A DNA stretch of 64,000 nt, from IMG/VR virus record IMGVR_UViG_3300029134_000184. One strand, 5' to 3'. Every line of letters starts with the position of its first letter. The stretch's first letter is position 1. Of the stretch, positions 46,604-57,583 are shown in pieces. The translations under genes and the position numbers were made by a program. The notes beneath the pieces were generated by a model. That model ran no database searches. It worked only from the letters and a program-made list of their open reading frames with translations, and was not told where the DNA came from. The stretch is from a virus.

Positions 46604-49600
46604 ATGAAAAATAAAATTATTTCAGCCATGCTCGTGGGCATGTCAGCTACAATGGCTGTACCAGTTACAGCAGTAATGGCAGCAGAAGGAGAACCTGCAG
46701 CCACAGAAGCGACCGCAGCTGAGGCCGCAGTAACAGAAGAGGTACCTGCAGAGGAAGCTCCTGCAGAAGAGACTCAGGCAGAAGAAGCCGCCCCGGAGGC
46801 TGAAGCAGAAGAAGCTCAGGAAGAAGCTGTTCCTCAGGTTGACGAGAACGGAGAAGTAACAGAGGCCGCAAAAGATGCGGCTACACCTGCAGATTTCAGA
46901 GAAAAGCTTTCAACGCTTTCTTTCTCTGCTGAGGTATTCGGAAAATATGCTGACAAACTGACAGCATACGCAACAAGCGATGCTGTAGACAAAAGTAACC
47001 TTTATAATTGTGAAATGTCAGTATTAGACCAGGCAGAACGCTATGCTAATGGAGAATCCGGAGAAGCAATTAAAGCAATTAAATATCAGATTGCATTAGA
47101 GTTTGAAAAAGTTTATGGCGAAGATGCATTCCTTCCGGGCCGTGATATCAGAAAAGCTATCCTGGAAGATTTAGGAAAAGCTCAGGATTTTACAGCTTGC
47201 ACAACAATCGCAGAAGCAGACCAGATTTACAAAGACAATGAAGGTATTGTAGCTCTGCCGGTTGACATGATTAAGAAAGATGACGGAGATATCTCTGTAA
47301 AACCGAATCCTGGAGAAGGCGAGAACAAGCCAAGTACTGGAGGCGATGGAACAGGCACCGGAACTGAAGGCGAAACTAAGCCGGAGCTTGATACATATGT
47401 TTCAGGAATCCAGGACTACGAAATCAAAGTCGGAGAAGACATTGATACATCATCCATTTCATATAATGCAGAGCATATTTCATCCGTTGAGCTTGACTCT
47501 TCTAAGGTCGACAATACAACAGTTGGTACATATACAATTTCATATATAATCAAGGGTATTGACGGCAGAGTAAAGACAATTGATAAACAGTGTGTAGTAA
47601 TTGAGAATTCAGAGTTAACAGCTTTAAGAGCAGAAATGTGTGCAAAAGCAGACGTTTTATTTGAAGGAAAATTCACTGAGCAGGCTTATGCAGCAGAATG
47701 GAATGCTGCACTTGATGAGGCAAAAGCTAGAATCAATAAACTTGGAACATCCGATGCTGAGAAAATGCAGGGTATCGTTGATGAACTGACTAAGACTGGA
47801 CAGGATATCCTTGACAGACAGCAGCTTTATATCGCTCAGACAGGATATGTAAAAATCTTAAAAGAGTATTACAGCTCACTTAAATTTGAGACAGATTCAC
47901 AGAAAAAAATGGCAGATGAGACATTAAATGCCGCAATTGACAAGATTTCCAAAGCTACATCTATTGATGCAGCATCAAAAGCCCTTGAAGATGCAAAGGC
48001 AGCATTAAAAGATATTGCAGAACAGAAAGAAACAACTCTTGATGAGCTGAAAGAAGCTGCAAAAGCTGAGATTAATGATAAGGCAAAAGTTATCAACGAC
48101 AGCACATCAATCACAAGTGATGTAAAAAATGCATTCATTCTGAAAATTGATTCCTGTACAGATGCAAAAGCAATTGAGTCAGCAAAGAACTCTGCTGATG
48201 CTGCATTTACAGATGTTGTTGCAGCAGTAGGCGGAGACATGGCTTCATTCGTTAATCTGTTCAAAGACTTAAAGGGTATTTCCCCGGATGGAGATACAAC
48301 AGCAATGATTGACGTTGTTATCAACCTCGGTGCTCCGAAAGATATGAAAGATGGAGCAAACAGAGTTGAAGATGTATGCATCGCATTAGCAAATTCTGCA
48401 GAACAGTTCATCAAATATTTAAATGTTTGCGCAGGCCAGGAAGTTAAAGGCAAAACAAAAGCAGAAGCATATGCATCATATATGGAACTGACAAATGGAA
48501 ATCCAGAAAGAAAGGAGCTTGAAAAAGCTAAAAAAGCAGCAAAGGAAGAACTCGACAAAGCAATTGATGCAATTGACGACTCAACAGAAGAAATCAAGAA
48601 GAAGAAAGCAAGTGTAAAAGAAGATGTCCATAACTTAATTGACAAATCTGAGTCTATGAATGACCTTGACGCAAACCTCAAGTCCGCAAAAGAAGCTGTA
48701 GACGCCCTGATTAAAGAAGTACAGGGAGAAGGAGAGCTGAAAGACCTCAAAGAAGCTGCTAAAATTCAGATTCAGTCCGTTGTAGATGACCAGAAAGATG
48801 AAAAGCTTAAAGCAATCCTCCAAGATATCGCAACTCCGGCTCTTGAAAAAATAGATGCAGCTAAAACTCAGGAGGAAATTACTTCAATCCTTGAGGCATA
48901 TCAGAAAGACATTCAGACAGCAATCGATACATACGCAAAAGATAAAGAACTCGCAGCAGCACAGGCCGCAGCAGTTAAGAAACTGGCTACACTTGAATCA
49001 AAAGCAAAAGCTGATTATGTAACAGAGGATATGAAGAAAATCATCACAACAGCTAGGGAAGAAATCCAGAAAGCTAAGACTGCTGATGATGTAACAAAAC
49101 TGTACAACCAGGCAAAATCTGATTACAATACAGCATACGTAACATCCATGAGAGCAGTTTATGAAAAGAAACTGGATGCTCTGTTAACAGATAATAAGTT
49201 TACAGATGCAACATATCTTGAAAAAGCTAAAGAAGTAGTAACAAAGCAGAAAGCAAATTTAAAGCAGGCTGCAAATGAAGCAACAATGCAGGAAGTATAT
49301 AAAGTAGCAAAAGAAAACGTTGAAAAACTTGTAACAGCACAGTCCACAGCTGCTAACTTAGCGCAGGTTAAAGCAAACGCAATCCAGTCTCTGCAGAATG
49401 GATATCCAAATCCATCTTCCGCTACAACAAAAATCTTAGAGAAATACATTAATAAGATTAACAGTGCGACATCAGAGACAGAAGTAAATGATATCGTTCA
49501 GGAATGCAAAGATGTACTTAAGAAAACCGGAATTGATTATAACAACAATAACGGTGGCGGAAACAATGGCGGTGATTCTGACGTGACACCTACACCTGGA

Positions 49601-49885
49601 GCTGGAATTGATTCCGATGTTACACCTACTCCAAGCAATAGCGCAACACCGAACGGCGGTACAACAACAACATTACCTGGCGGCGGAAGTTCAACTGGAA
49701 CTGGCACAGGTTCAACAGGAACTGGCGATGCATCCCAGAAAGGAACAAGCGATGTATCTGCAGCAGGAAATGTAAAGACCGGCGATGAAAATATGGGAAT
49801 TATCGCAATGGCAGGAGCTGCTATCCTTGCAGCAATCGCAGCAGCCGGAATTTCCCTTCGTAAATTTCTTAAGAAAGACGAATAA
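46604..49885 (+). CDS. large sortase-anchored surface protein (signal peptide, DUF5011-like Ig domain, long alpha-helical repeats, C-terminal sorting signal)
   Basis: Signal peptide MKNKIISAMLVGMSATMAVPVTAVMA. C-terminus NVKTGDEN + hydrophobic stretch + RKFLKKDE. Confidence 0.7.
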   Translation: MKNKIISAMLVGMSATMAVPVTAVMAAEGEPAATEATAAEAAVTEEVPAEEAPAEETQAEEAAPEAEAEEAQEEAVPQVDENGEVTEAAKDAATPADFREKLSTLSFSAEVFGKYADKLTAYATSDAVDKSNLYNCEMSVLDQAERYANGESGEAIKAIKYQIALEFEKVYGEDAFLPGRDIRKAILEDLGKAQDFTACTTIAEADQIYKDNEGIVALPVDMIKKDDGDISVKPNPGEGENKPSTGGDGTGTGTEGETKPELDTYVSGIQDYEIKVGEDIDTSSISYNAEHISSVELDSSKVDNTTVGTYTISYIIKGIDGRVKTIDKQCVVIENSELTALRAEMCAKADVLFEGKFTEQAYAAEWNAALDEAKARINKLGTSDAEKMQGIVDELTKTGQDILDRQQLYIAQTGYVKILKEYYSSLKFETDSQKKMADETLNAAIDKISKATSIDAASKALEDAKAALKDIAEQKETTLDELKEAAKAEINDKAKVINDSTSITSDVKNAFILKIDSCTDAKAIESAKNSADAAFTDVVAAVGGDMASFVNLFKDLKGISPDGDTTAMIDVVINLGAPKDMKDGANRVEDVCIALANSAEQFIKYLNVCAGQEVKGKTKAEAYASYMELTNGNPERKELEKAKKAAKEELDKAIDAIDDSTEEIKKKKASVKEDVHNLIDKSESMNDLDANLKSAKEAVDALIKEVQGEGELKDLKEAAKIQIQSVVDDQKDEKLKAILQDIATPALEKIDAAKTQEEITSILEAYQKDIQTAIDTYAKDKELAAAQAAAVKKLATLESKAKADYVTEDMKKIITTAREEIQKAKTADDVTKLYNQAKSDYNTAYVTSMRAVYEKKLDALLTDNKFTDATYLEKAKEVVTKQKANLKQAANEATMQEVYKVAKENVEKLVTAQSTAANLAQVKANAIQSLQNGYPNPSSATTKILEKYINKINSATSETEVNDIVQECKDVLKKTGIDYNNNNGGGNNGGDSDVTPTPGAGIDSDVTPTPSNSATPNGGTTTTLPGGGSSTGTGTGSTGTGDASQKGTSDVSAAGNVKTGDENMGIIAMAGAAILAAIAAAGISLRKFLKKDE

Positions 49886-49955
49886 TTAGCATATATGCTA
49901 AATGCCAGCGGTTTTTTGCCGCTGGCAAAAAAAATAAAGAAAAGAGGAAAAAGAA

Positions 49956-50810
49956 ATGAAAAAAGGATTGATTGCGATTGTTGTAGCTGCAGTGGTAGCC
50001 GTTGGGGGTGTTGGTGGATACATGATGTATCAAAAAAAAGCAGAAGAAAAAGCCTACAACGAAGAAGTCAAGAAGGCAATTAACAGCCTTCCGTCTATTG
50101 TAGTATACGAAAAAGAGGACTTGCCAACCGTTGAGTCCGAATTTGCAAATGCCGGAAGCTGCATTGATATCAATTCCGTAGAGCCAGACATCAGCAATGT
50201 ATATACAACTGAACCTGGTGAATATGAAGTAAAGTATACATTCAAAGACTCAAAAGGAGAGCAGAGAACAGCTACTGTCCCCTGCATTGTAAAGCCTGAG
50301 TTGTCAATGCATGTAACCGGAATGAAAGATATTGAGATTGACAAAGGTGATGACCTGCCGACTGAATCTGGATGCGAATATGATGACCAGTACGTAAGCT
50401 CTGTAACATTAAACACCGAAAACGTAGACAATGAGGAAGCTGGAACATATGATATTTCATATACTATTCTTGGTGTAGACAATGACATGAAGACAGTTGA
50501 TGGATATACATGTACTGTAAACGAAGTGGCAACACCAACACCGACACCGACTCCAAAACCGACAGCTACACCTACTCCAAAACCGAAGAAGGACAAAAAA
50601 GATAAGAAAGATAAGAAGAAGACCGAAGCAGAAGTTACTCCAACAGTAAAACCGTCTGATGGAACAGAAGTTGGAAATGTTGAAGTACAGAATAATGTAG
50701 TAGAAACAGGTGATGAAAACAATATCTTTGCAATCGGCGCTCTTATTGTAGTATGTCTTGCAGCTGCAGGTGGAGTAATTGTTTATAAAAAAAAGAAAGA
50801 TAACAAGTAA
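49956..50810 (+). CDS. sortase-substrate surface protein with two DUF5011-like Ig domains and Thr/Pro linker
   Basis: N-terminal TM/signal. C-terminus VETGDEN + hydrophobic + YKKKKDNK. TPTPTPKPTATPTPKPKKDKKDKK linker. Confidence 0.65.
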   Translation: MKKGLIAIVVAAVVAVGGVGGYMMYQKKAEEKAYNEEVKKAINSLPSIVVYEKEDLPTVESEFANAGSCIDINSVEPDISNVYTTEPGEYEVKYTFKDSKGEQRTATVPCIVKPELSMHVTGMKDIEIDKGDDLPTESGCEYDDQYVSSVTLNTENVDNEEAGTYDISYTILGVDNDMKTVDGYTCTVNEVATPTPTPTPKPTATPTPKPKKDKKDKKDKKKTEAEVTPTVKPSDGTEVGNVEVQNNVVETGDENNIFAIGALIVVCLAAAGGVIVYKKKKDNK

Positions 50811-50947
50811 TTGTTAGGAGCGGGAATATTCTCGCTCCTTATTTTTTATTTTTTTCAAAAAAAATGTACTCGTTTTATATTTTTTTAGCATATTAAAAGT
50901 GATGACAATATGACAAAAAATAACCACTCGAAAGGAGTAATAAAAAA

Positions 50948-52825
50948 ATGGCAGAAAAATTTTTATTAGAGATGGCCGAGACAATCAAAGCCTCAATTCC
51001 TGGCAATAATATCCAGATTGAAGACCAGGGAAATAAAGCTGTAATTTCCGGAGATATGGAATGCGGCATTAAAGGCATTAATGTAAGCATTGAGTGCTCT
51101 ACAAGTACAATTAAAATTAAAGGAGCACGAGAATATAAGTATCCGATAACTGAAGCGTCAAAAGACATCTTTCAGCAGGAAATGATAAAAAAATATAATG
51201 GGGATTACAACATCTATGCAAGCGGGCAGATGCTGGCGTTCTCAAAATTCTTCTCTTATCAGACCTCAAATGAGGCAATAAATATTACTAAAAATGCAAT
51301 TGCAGCAATGCAGGATATGGTCGAAGAGTTTGAAAATAAATGTGTCAACTTTATGGAAAAAACTGAAGACGATTCATCCGAAAATGAAGAATATAACCCG
51401 GAAGCAAATGTAAATATCGTAAATGTTGATAACAACTATCACGCAGTTTCAATGACAGAGCAGGACAACCAGGCCTATGATGATGAGCATAAAAGTTTCT
51501 CAGAGGAAATCTTTGATAAGCTGGTCACAAGCATCGGAGGAAGAAGGGTAGGAAATGAAGTAACTGTTTCTGATGAAGAATCAGGGAAGATTACCAGATG
51601 CGTTTTATTCCCTCTTGACGCTGAAATCCTTGTATCCGTATCAACAAATGTTTCACATGATATCGGTGCAATGTATGCGTCATTCATTAATGCAAACTAT
51701 CCGGAGCTTAGAAGTGCTTATGACACAGACAATGAACTGTTTACTGTAAGAAGATATTCTTCTCCGGATAAATATGCACCGGAAGAAACTGAGGAATACT
51801 TAAAAATGTGCAGTACCGCAATTGATGCTTGCGTACAGAACTACAAAGCAACATTGACCAAAAAAGACTCATCTGATTTCGCATCAGACGTGCAGCAGAT
51901 TCTGGCAGAACAAACAGAAACCGTTGCCGAAAGAGAAAAGGTTGTGGCATCAAGGGAAGAGGCAATGGCTCAGAAAGAGCAGGAAATGCTTGCTCGTGAG
52001 GCGGAACTCAATAAGAAATTAAAAGAAGTTGAAGCCGAAAAAGCAAAAATGCAGGCAGAGGCTGAAAAGGAGCAGAAGCGTCTTGAAGAACATGAAAAAG
52101 AGATGCAGGACAAAATCAAGGAATACGAAGACAGAAATACAAGAGATATCCTGAATATCCAGCAGCTGGCGAATCAGGTGGCCGCGCTCCAGAATAGACA
52201 GAATGCCTTAGGAAATGTGGACAATGATGCTGAGGAAGAAATCTTCAGAATGAAATCCAAGGTGCAGCAGTTGACATCCCAGAAAATCGCCCTTGAAAGC
52301 AAGCTGACTGAAAAAATCAATCTTAAAGAAAAGCGAATCAGAGAACTGTCTGATACTATTTCTGAAAAGAACGCTGAAATCAGTAAAATCAATTTAAATA
52401 TTGATGATATGGTGCAGAGTAAGGTTACGACAGAACTTGGAAAAACCGAAAAGAAGATGAAATCCATGGAATCTCAGCTTAAGGAAATCGGACACATCCT
52501 TACACCGGAAGACCTGATTGAATATCTCGAGCAGTATGATGATATGGAAATCAAAAAATTCCATGCGCCAAATGCCGAAGTTGTTGCATATAACGACGGA
52601 GCATTGGAAATCAGAATCAGAATTGGTGATATGAACTATGTTGATGTATCAAGGGAGGCTTCTTTAAAAGACCAGGTGCTGAGAGTATTAAATTCAAAGC
52701 ATGGTGATGTTAAGTTTTTCAGTAAAGATAACAAAATCATAGCGCGAGCATATTTCAAGAAAAATGCCTCCACAGCAGATGTAGATGACCTTATTGCAAC
52801 ATTAGCATCTAATTTCAATAAGTAA
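50948..52825 (+). CDS. hypothetical protein with long coiled-coil region
   Basis: Phage promoter at ~50888. Central E/K/Q-rich heptad region. Confidence 0.45.
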   Translation: MAEKFLLEMAETIKASIPGNNIQIEDQGNKAVISGDMECGIKGINVSIECSTSTIKIKGAREYKYPITEASKDIFQQEMIKKYNGDYNIYASGQMLAFSKFFSYQTSNEAINITKNAIAAMQDMVEEFENKCVNFMEKTEDDSSENEEYNPEANVNIVNVDNNYHAVSMTEQDNQAYDDEHKSFSEEIFDKLVTSIGGRRVGNEVTVSDEESGKITRCVLFPLDAEILVSVSTNVSHDIGAMYASFINANYPELRSAYDTDNELFTVRRYSSPDKYAPEETEEYLKMCSTAIDACVQNYKATLTKKDSSDFASDVQQILAEQTETVAEREKVVASREEAMAQKEQEMLAREAELNKKLKEVEAEKAKMQAEAEKEQKRLEEHEKEMQDKIKEYEDRNTRDILNIQQLANQVAALQNRQNALGNVDNDAEEEIFRMKSKVQQLTSQKIALESKLTEKINLKEKRIRELSDTISEKNAEISKINLNIDDMVQSKVTTELGKTEKKMKSMESQLKEIGHILTPEDLIEYLEQYDDMEIKKFHAPNAEVVAYNDGALEIRIRIGDMNYVDVSREASLKDQVLRVLNSKHGDVKFFSKDNKIIARAYFKKNASTADVDDLIATLASNFNK

Positions 52826-52840
52826 GGAGGGATATAGATA

Positions 52841-53554
52841 ATGGATAAAACAGTTATTATTTTGATTGGCGCAGGTGTTTGTTGTGTTGTTATTGGTTTT
52901 GCCCTGTTTGTTAAACTGCTGACCACAAAGTCAAATGACGATGACGAGACAACGGGAAACAGAAAACTGCTGGATGAGGAATATGCAGAGAACTTCAAGG
53001 AATGCTTTGAAAACACCGGAAACATCGAAGAAGCCCTTGAACAGTTAGCACAAATTTATCTTGACAATCAGTTTATGTATAATCTGATTGTAAGTGCATT
53101 GGACTACATCAGGGATGAACAGGGCGATTACGAAACCGCTCTTGAGAAAATTAATGTTGACAGTGATGTAACAATTATGAAGATGCATAACGATGCAATC
53201 AAAAAAGCGTTAAATATTGATACATCTTCAACATCATCCAAGAAAAATAAAGCTAAAAAGAAAAGCAAAAAAATGATTGTTGAAGCAGAAACTTTTGACG
53301 ATGAAGACGAAGAATCTGAAATCGAGCCAGAGAAGCCGGAGCCTGAACCGGAACCAAAGCCTACAAAAAAGGCTGTAAAAAAACAAGTAAAAAAAGTAAA
53401 AAAATATGAGCCAGAAGAAGAGTTTGAAGAGGATGATGAAGAGGAGGAAGAAATCCAGCCAAAGCCAGTAAAAGAGCAACCGGCTAAAAAGCCAGCTCCG
53501 GTAGATATGGATAATTTTGATGATGATGACCTCGACGACTTCAAGATTGGCTAA
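52841..53554 (+). CDS. hypothetical membrane-anchored protein with charged low-complexity tail
   Basis: N-terminal TM. K/E/P-rich C-terminus. Confidence 0.4.
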   Translation: MDKTVIILIGAGVCCVVIGFALFVKLLTTKSNDDDETTGNRKLLDEEYAENFKECFENTGNIEEALEQLAQIYLDNQFMYNLIVSALDYIRDEQGDYETALEKINVDSDVTIMKMHNDAIKKALNIDTSSTSSKKNKAKKKSKKMIVEAETFDDEDEESEIEPEKPEPEPEPKPTKKAVKKQVKKVKKYEPEEEFEEDDEEEEEIQPKPVKEQPAKKPAPVDMDNFDDDDLDDFKIG

Positions 53555-53566
53555 GGAGTGTAAAAT

Positions 53567-54808
53567 ATGGATAACAAAGTTAAAGCCATAATTGGCGTGG
53601 CAATATTAGCAGTCGGGGTTATCGGTTTTAATGCAGTATCAAAAGAACTGAAGAAAGACCCGGTTGTTACTGGGATTGAGGCGGAGTTTGTAGGGGAAGT
53701 TGCCCCAGGGGAGACGTTTACAAAAAGGATGTTTTCCGTCCAAGGCGTAACGGATTCTGGAAGACTGGTAAAATTAAACAATTTCTCTTCTGAAACAGAA
53801 GCCGCTGCTATGAACGGTTCAACATGCGAAGTTGAGATTAATTCGCAAGGATATACAGACACGGTAATAGTTAATATTACAAGAGAACCTGTTATGGAGA
53901 AAAATATTGGATATCCAAACGAAGAGGACGCAAAGGTTACATGCTATTCAAATGGAGACCTTGAGTTTATTGGAAAAGGAGATATCACGAACTTTAATAA
54001 TGGTGTCCCGCCGTGGAATGACTATGAATATTCTCATGTATATATAGATGATACATTAAATGTTGAAAGTATGGACGGTTGGTTTACCGATAACCAGAAG
54101 TTGGTTTACTGTACAAGCATCCCGAAATCAGTAAAAACAATGAAAAAAACATTTGCAGGCTGTATTGCATTAGAAAAAACCCCTGATTACTTCCAATGTT
54201 CAAATTTAAAAATCATGGATTATACATTTTCAGGATGTGAAGCTCTTAAAGAAGCAGATGTAATCCCAGTAAATGTTACTTCTGCAAGGTATCTGTTTGA
54301 AGGATGTACATCATTACAAAAACCAATTTCGCTTGATAAAACAAGTAATTTAACAAATATTAACGGAATGTATAATGGATGCATAAATTTAAGGGAAGCA
54401 ACAAAAATACCAGACACTGTAGTTTCAATGAGTGAATGTTACCAGAATTGCATCAATATTAAAGATGCTGTTAAGTTCCCAATTAATATACAGGACGCGT
54501 CATCCGTATATGCCGGAGATACTGGTCTTGTTACAGCAGCAGCTATTCCAGAATCTGTAACAGATTTTTCAAACTGTTATGCAAACTGCTCTTCATTATC
54601 TGGCTCTTTGGAAATTAATTCAGATACAAGCAATTTTGGAGGTGTCCTCCAGGGAGCTACAACAAACGGAGATAAGCTTACAATTTCAGGAAACAGTGGA
54701 AACCTGCTTGCCATTCAGAAAGATTCCGGAAATAGAAATATCGCACTTGCTGACCCTGAAGCGGCTTCCAAACAGAACGAACGAATGCTTAGAGAACAGG
54801 AGGGGTAA
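53567..54808 (+). CDS. membrane-anchored BspA-like LRR protein
   Basis: N-terminal TM. Repeats CxxLxxxxxIPxxVTSxxxxFxGC. Confidence 0.5.
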   Translation: MDNKVKAIIGVAILAVGVIGFNAVSKELKKDPVVTGIEAEFVGEVAPGETFTKRMFSVQGVTDSGRLVKLNNFSSETEAAAMNGSTCEVEINSQGYTDTVIVNITREPVMEKNIGYPNEEDAKVTCYSNGDLEFIGKGDITNFNNGVPPWNDYEYSHVYIDDTLNVESMDGWFTDNQKLVYCTSIPKSVKTMKKTFAGCIALEKTPDYFQCSNLKIMDYTFSGCEALKEADVIPVNVTSARYLFEGCTSLQKPISLDKTSNLTNINGMYNGCINLREATKIPDTVVSMSECYQNCINIKDAVKFPINIQDASSVYAGDTGLVTAAAIPESVTDFSNCYANCSSLSGSLEINSDTSNFGGVLQGATTNGDKLTISGNSGNLLAIQKDSGNRNIALADPEAASKQNERMLREQEG

Positions 54809-54811
54809 AAA

Positions 54812-55933
54812 TTGAAGAAAGCTATAGTTTTTTTATGTTTTTTTGGTGGAGCGGCCTGTTTCATATCAGCTGGACTATACATCAATAAGAACAACGCAGG
54901 CATGATAAACACAACGCAGGAATCAGTCCAAAAAGTAAAAAGTCCTGAACTGTTATCTGATATAAATATGACTCAATATGTATCACTTCCGGCTTCATTC
55001 TCAGATATTGATATCGTGGAAGACTTAGATAACATTGATGTGACAGAAGATAATGTTAATGACATTATATATGATAAACTGCTAAGCACAGCAACTCATT
55101 TAAGTACTGCATCTGATGATGGAATCCTTCTGATGGTTGATTATACTGTTACAAAAAATGGAGCCGTCGTTGATACTCAGACAAATTTTAAACTTGGCTA
55201 TAATCAGGACTCAGAATTGTATGACGAAAAATTTCACGACGCATTAAAAGATGTAGCAATCGGTACGCCTGTTCATATAGAAGATGTATTTTTTAATGGT
55301 AATGAAAATGCAACAGTAGACCTTACTGTCACAAATATCTATAATATGCCATACCCTGTCACAGATAACTATATCGGTGAAAACACAGAGTATCAAAGTT
55401 TATACGACATGAGGACAGAGCTAATCAACGATTCCAGTGGTGAAGCAAAACAGCTTGCAAGAACGCATACAATTAATACTTTAATTGACACCATGATGAG
55501 TCAGACTACATTTATTCAGCTTCCAGAAAGTCTTATTATGAAAGAGCTGGACGCCTTAAAGAGAGATAATCCAGATGCTACATATGAAGAGGCAAAGCAT
55601 AGCTTATACAAAATCTTCTTTATCGCAACAGTTATTAAAGACTACGATGTTGCTACATTAACAGATATTGAAAAGCGATATGCAAAACTTGATGATTCTG
55701 AAAAAGAAGGATTGTCAGATTATGAAATTGAACGAAAGAAATATCTGCTGTTTGAAGATGATGTTGTAACATGTATTTATAAAAAAGTACAGGTAAGTAG
55801 CGATGCAAGCAAATCAGGAGAGTCCAGTAGTGAGACAATCGTAGAAGAAGATAGCGCAGAAAACGAAGAACAGCCGTTAGATGAATTAACAGATGATACA
55901 ATAACCAGCCTTTCGGCTGATGATATAGCTTAA
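54812..55933 (+). CDS. hypothetical membrane-anchored protein
   Basis: TTG start after GGAGGGG. N-terminal TM. Confidence 0.4.
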   Translation: MKKAIVFLCFFGGAACFISAGLYINKNNAGMINTTQESVQKVKSPELLSDINMTQYVSLPASFSDIDIVEDLDNIDVTEDNVNDIIYDKLLSTATHLSTASDDGILLMVDYTVTKNGAVVDTQTNFKLGYNQDSELYDEKFHDALKDVAIGTPVHIEDVFFNGNENATVDLTVTNIYNMPYPVTDNYIGENTEYQSLYDMRTELINDSSGEAKQLARTHTINTLIDTMMSQTTFIQLPESLIMKELDALKRDNPDATYEEAKHSLYKIFFIATVIKDYDVATLTDIEKRYAKLDDSEKEGLSDYEIERKKYLLFEDDVVTCIYKKVQVSSDASKSGESSSETIVEEDSAENEEQPLDELTDDTITSLSADDIA

Positions 55934-56086
55934 ATATATTGACAGCAGGCAAAAAAAATGCCTGCTGTTTTTTTTGTAAAAAAAATAAAAAAAACGTTCA
56001 AAAAAAATATTATTTTGCATATTAATTCCGGCATATTGTATTGGAACACAAATATTGTCTTCGGCTAAAAAAAGGAGGTAAAAAAA

Positions 56087-56395
56087 ATGAAAAAGACAAT
56101 GTATTCTGCAATGAAAAACCTAGCGGAATATATTGCTGCAAGCCAGTCGTCTGACTTTGATGGAATATGGGATGAATGGAGCAGCAAATATAAACCGGAA
56201 GATTATATGGAATTACCGCTTAGGAAAATGGGAATGCAGTTATGTCAAATAGACAAAGCTGAGATAAAGAGTGTGCCAGAAAGAAGCTATAGAGACACAA
56301 TTAAAAAGACGTTAAAACCTGGAATTAATAAGGAGGAGTTCGAAAATGAGCGAGAAGAATACTTCAAATCAGCAAGATACGACGAAGCAGAATGA
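56087..56395 (+). CDS. hypothetical protein
   Basis: Two promoter motifs upstream (56020, 56032). RBS AAGGAGG. Confidence 0.45.
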   Translation: MKKTMYSAMKNLAEYIAASQSSDFDGIWDEWSSKYKPEDYMELPLRKMGMQLCQIDKAEIKSVPERSYRDTIKKTLKPGINKEEFENEREEYFKSARYDEAE

Positions 56396-57359
56396 AAAAT
56401 ATGATGTTGTATATAATAAAAATTCAGGATACAGCCAGAGCGAAGTTACGAAACTGATAAAAATATATCATATGGCGATGGCAGCCGGAGATAATGTAAC
56501 CGTGCAGGATGCTTATACAAAAATATACTTTTTTATTGCAAAGTATGTATATAAAACACTGTGGGGCAATTACCATACATTAATGCAGAACAAGTACCAC
56601 CGTGAAGATATAGTCCAGGACGTGTGGGTAAAAATTTTTAATGAGCTGAAAAACTTTGACCCGGACAAGGGTGCCCTCACTACTTTTATTACTCCGTGGA
56701 TAAAGCACGTTGTGTCAGATTATGCAAGCAAAAACTTCAGAAAGACTTCAGTTTATTATGCGAATGCTATGACGAAGATAAATGGAGCCCAGAACTATTG
56801 CAAACAGTATGGTTTAAATTCAGATGATATTGAGACAATCATGAGTCTGACAGGATTGTCAGAAGCGACAGTAAAAAATACTCTTGATATTATGTCTAAA
56901 AAAGACAGCGTCTCATATGAAGCCTTAATTGATGCCGGTGCTGATTATGTTACACAGATTAAAGGGCCTGAGGAGTCAGTAATTGAAGCAGAATCAGAAC
57001 GTAACCTTGGGGAGCTTCTCAGGGATGTGTTAACTGATGAAGAACTGCAATTGTTATCACTACTGCTTAATCCGGAAAACGCAAACAAAAAGCATTCAAG
57101 CTACCGTGAAATCGCTGAACAGATTCCGGGAAGTAATATTCCTAAAATCAAGAGAAAGATTTCAAGGATAACTACAAAACTTAAAAACAATGAAAGATTT
57201 GCCCAGATGTATCCATACATTATCGCGCAGGAAAAAGCGCTTGAGGATAATTATATTCCAGTGCTGGATGATACAGATGAGGTTGATGAAATGTATGAAA
57301 ATTTTGACGATATTGATGTAAATGATGGCTGGAGCAAGGCAAAAAAGAAAAAGAAATAA
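56346..57359 (+). CDS. sigma-70-family factor (region 2 and region 4)
   Basis: DIVQDVWVKIFNELKNFDPDKGALTTFITPWIKHVVSDYASKNFRK (region 2-like). Region-4-like HTH SYREIAEQIPGSNIPKIKRKISRITTKLK. Confidence 0.55.
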   Translation: MSEKNTSNQQDTTKQNEKYDVVYNKNSGYSQSEVTKLIKIYHMAMAAGDNVTVQDAYTKIYFFIAKYVYKTLWGNYHTLMQNKYHREDIVQDVWVKIFNELKNFDPDKGALTTFITPWIKHVVSDYASKNFRKTSVYYANAMTKINGAQNYCKQYGLNSDDIETIMSLTGLSEATVKNTLDIMSKKDSVSYEALIDAGADYVTQIKGPEESVIEAESERNLGELLRDVLTDEELQLLSLLLNPENANKKHSSYREIAEQIPGSNIPKIKRKISRITTKLKNNERFAQMYPYIIAQEKALEDNYIPVLDDTDEVDEMYENFDDIDVNDGWSKAKKKKK

Positions 57360-57583
57360 TTTTTGCCGTATGCTGGCATGTAGGAGCGTATGGAACATAT
57401 GATACACGAAAATCTGGAAGAAATATATGCCAAAAAAATACAAAAACAAAACCAGGAAAAACTGAAAAAACAGGAGTTTTCAAAGTCCTGGATTGGAAGA
57501 AGAAAAGCACAGGCAGCTAATGCCAAAGCTAAAAAAATATTCTTAAAACAAAGCGAAATATTGTAATTAAAGGAGGAAAAAAT

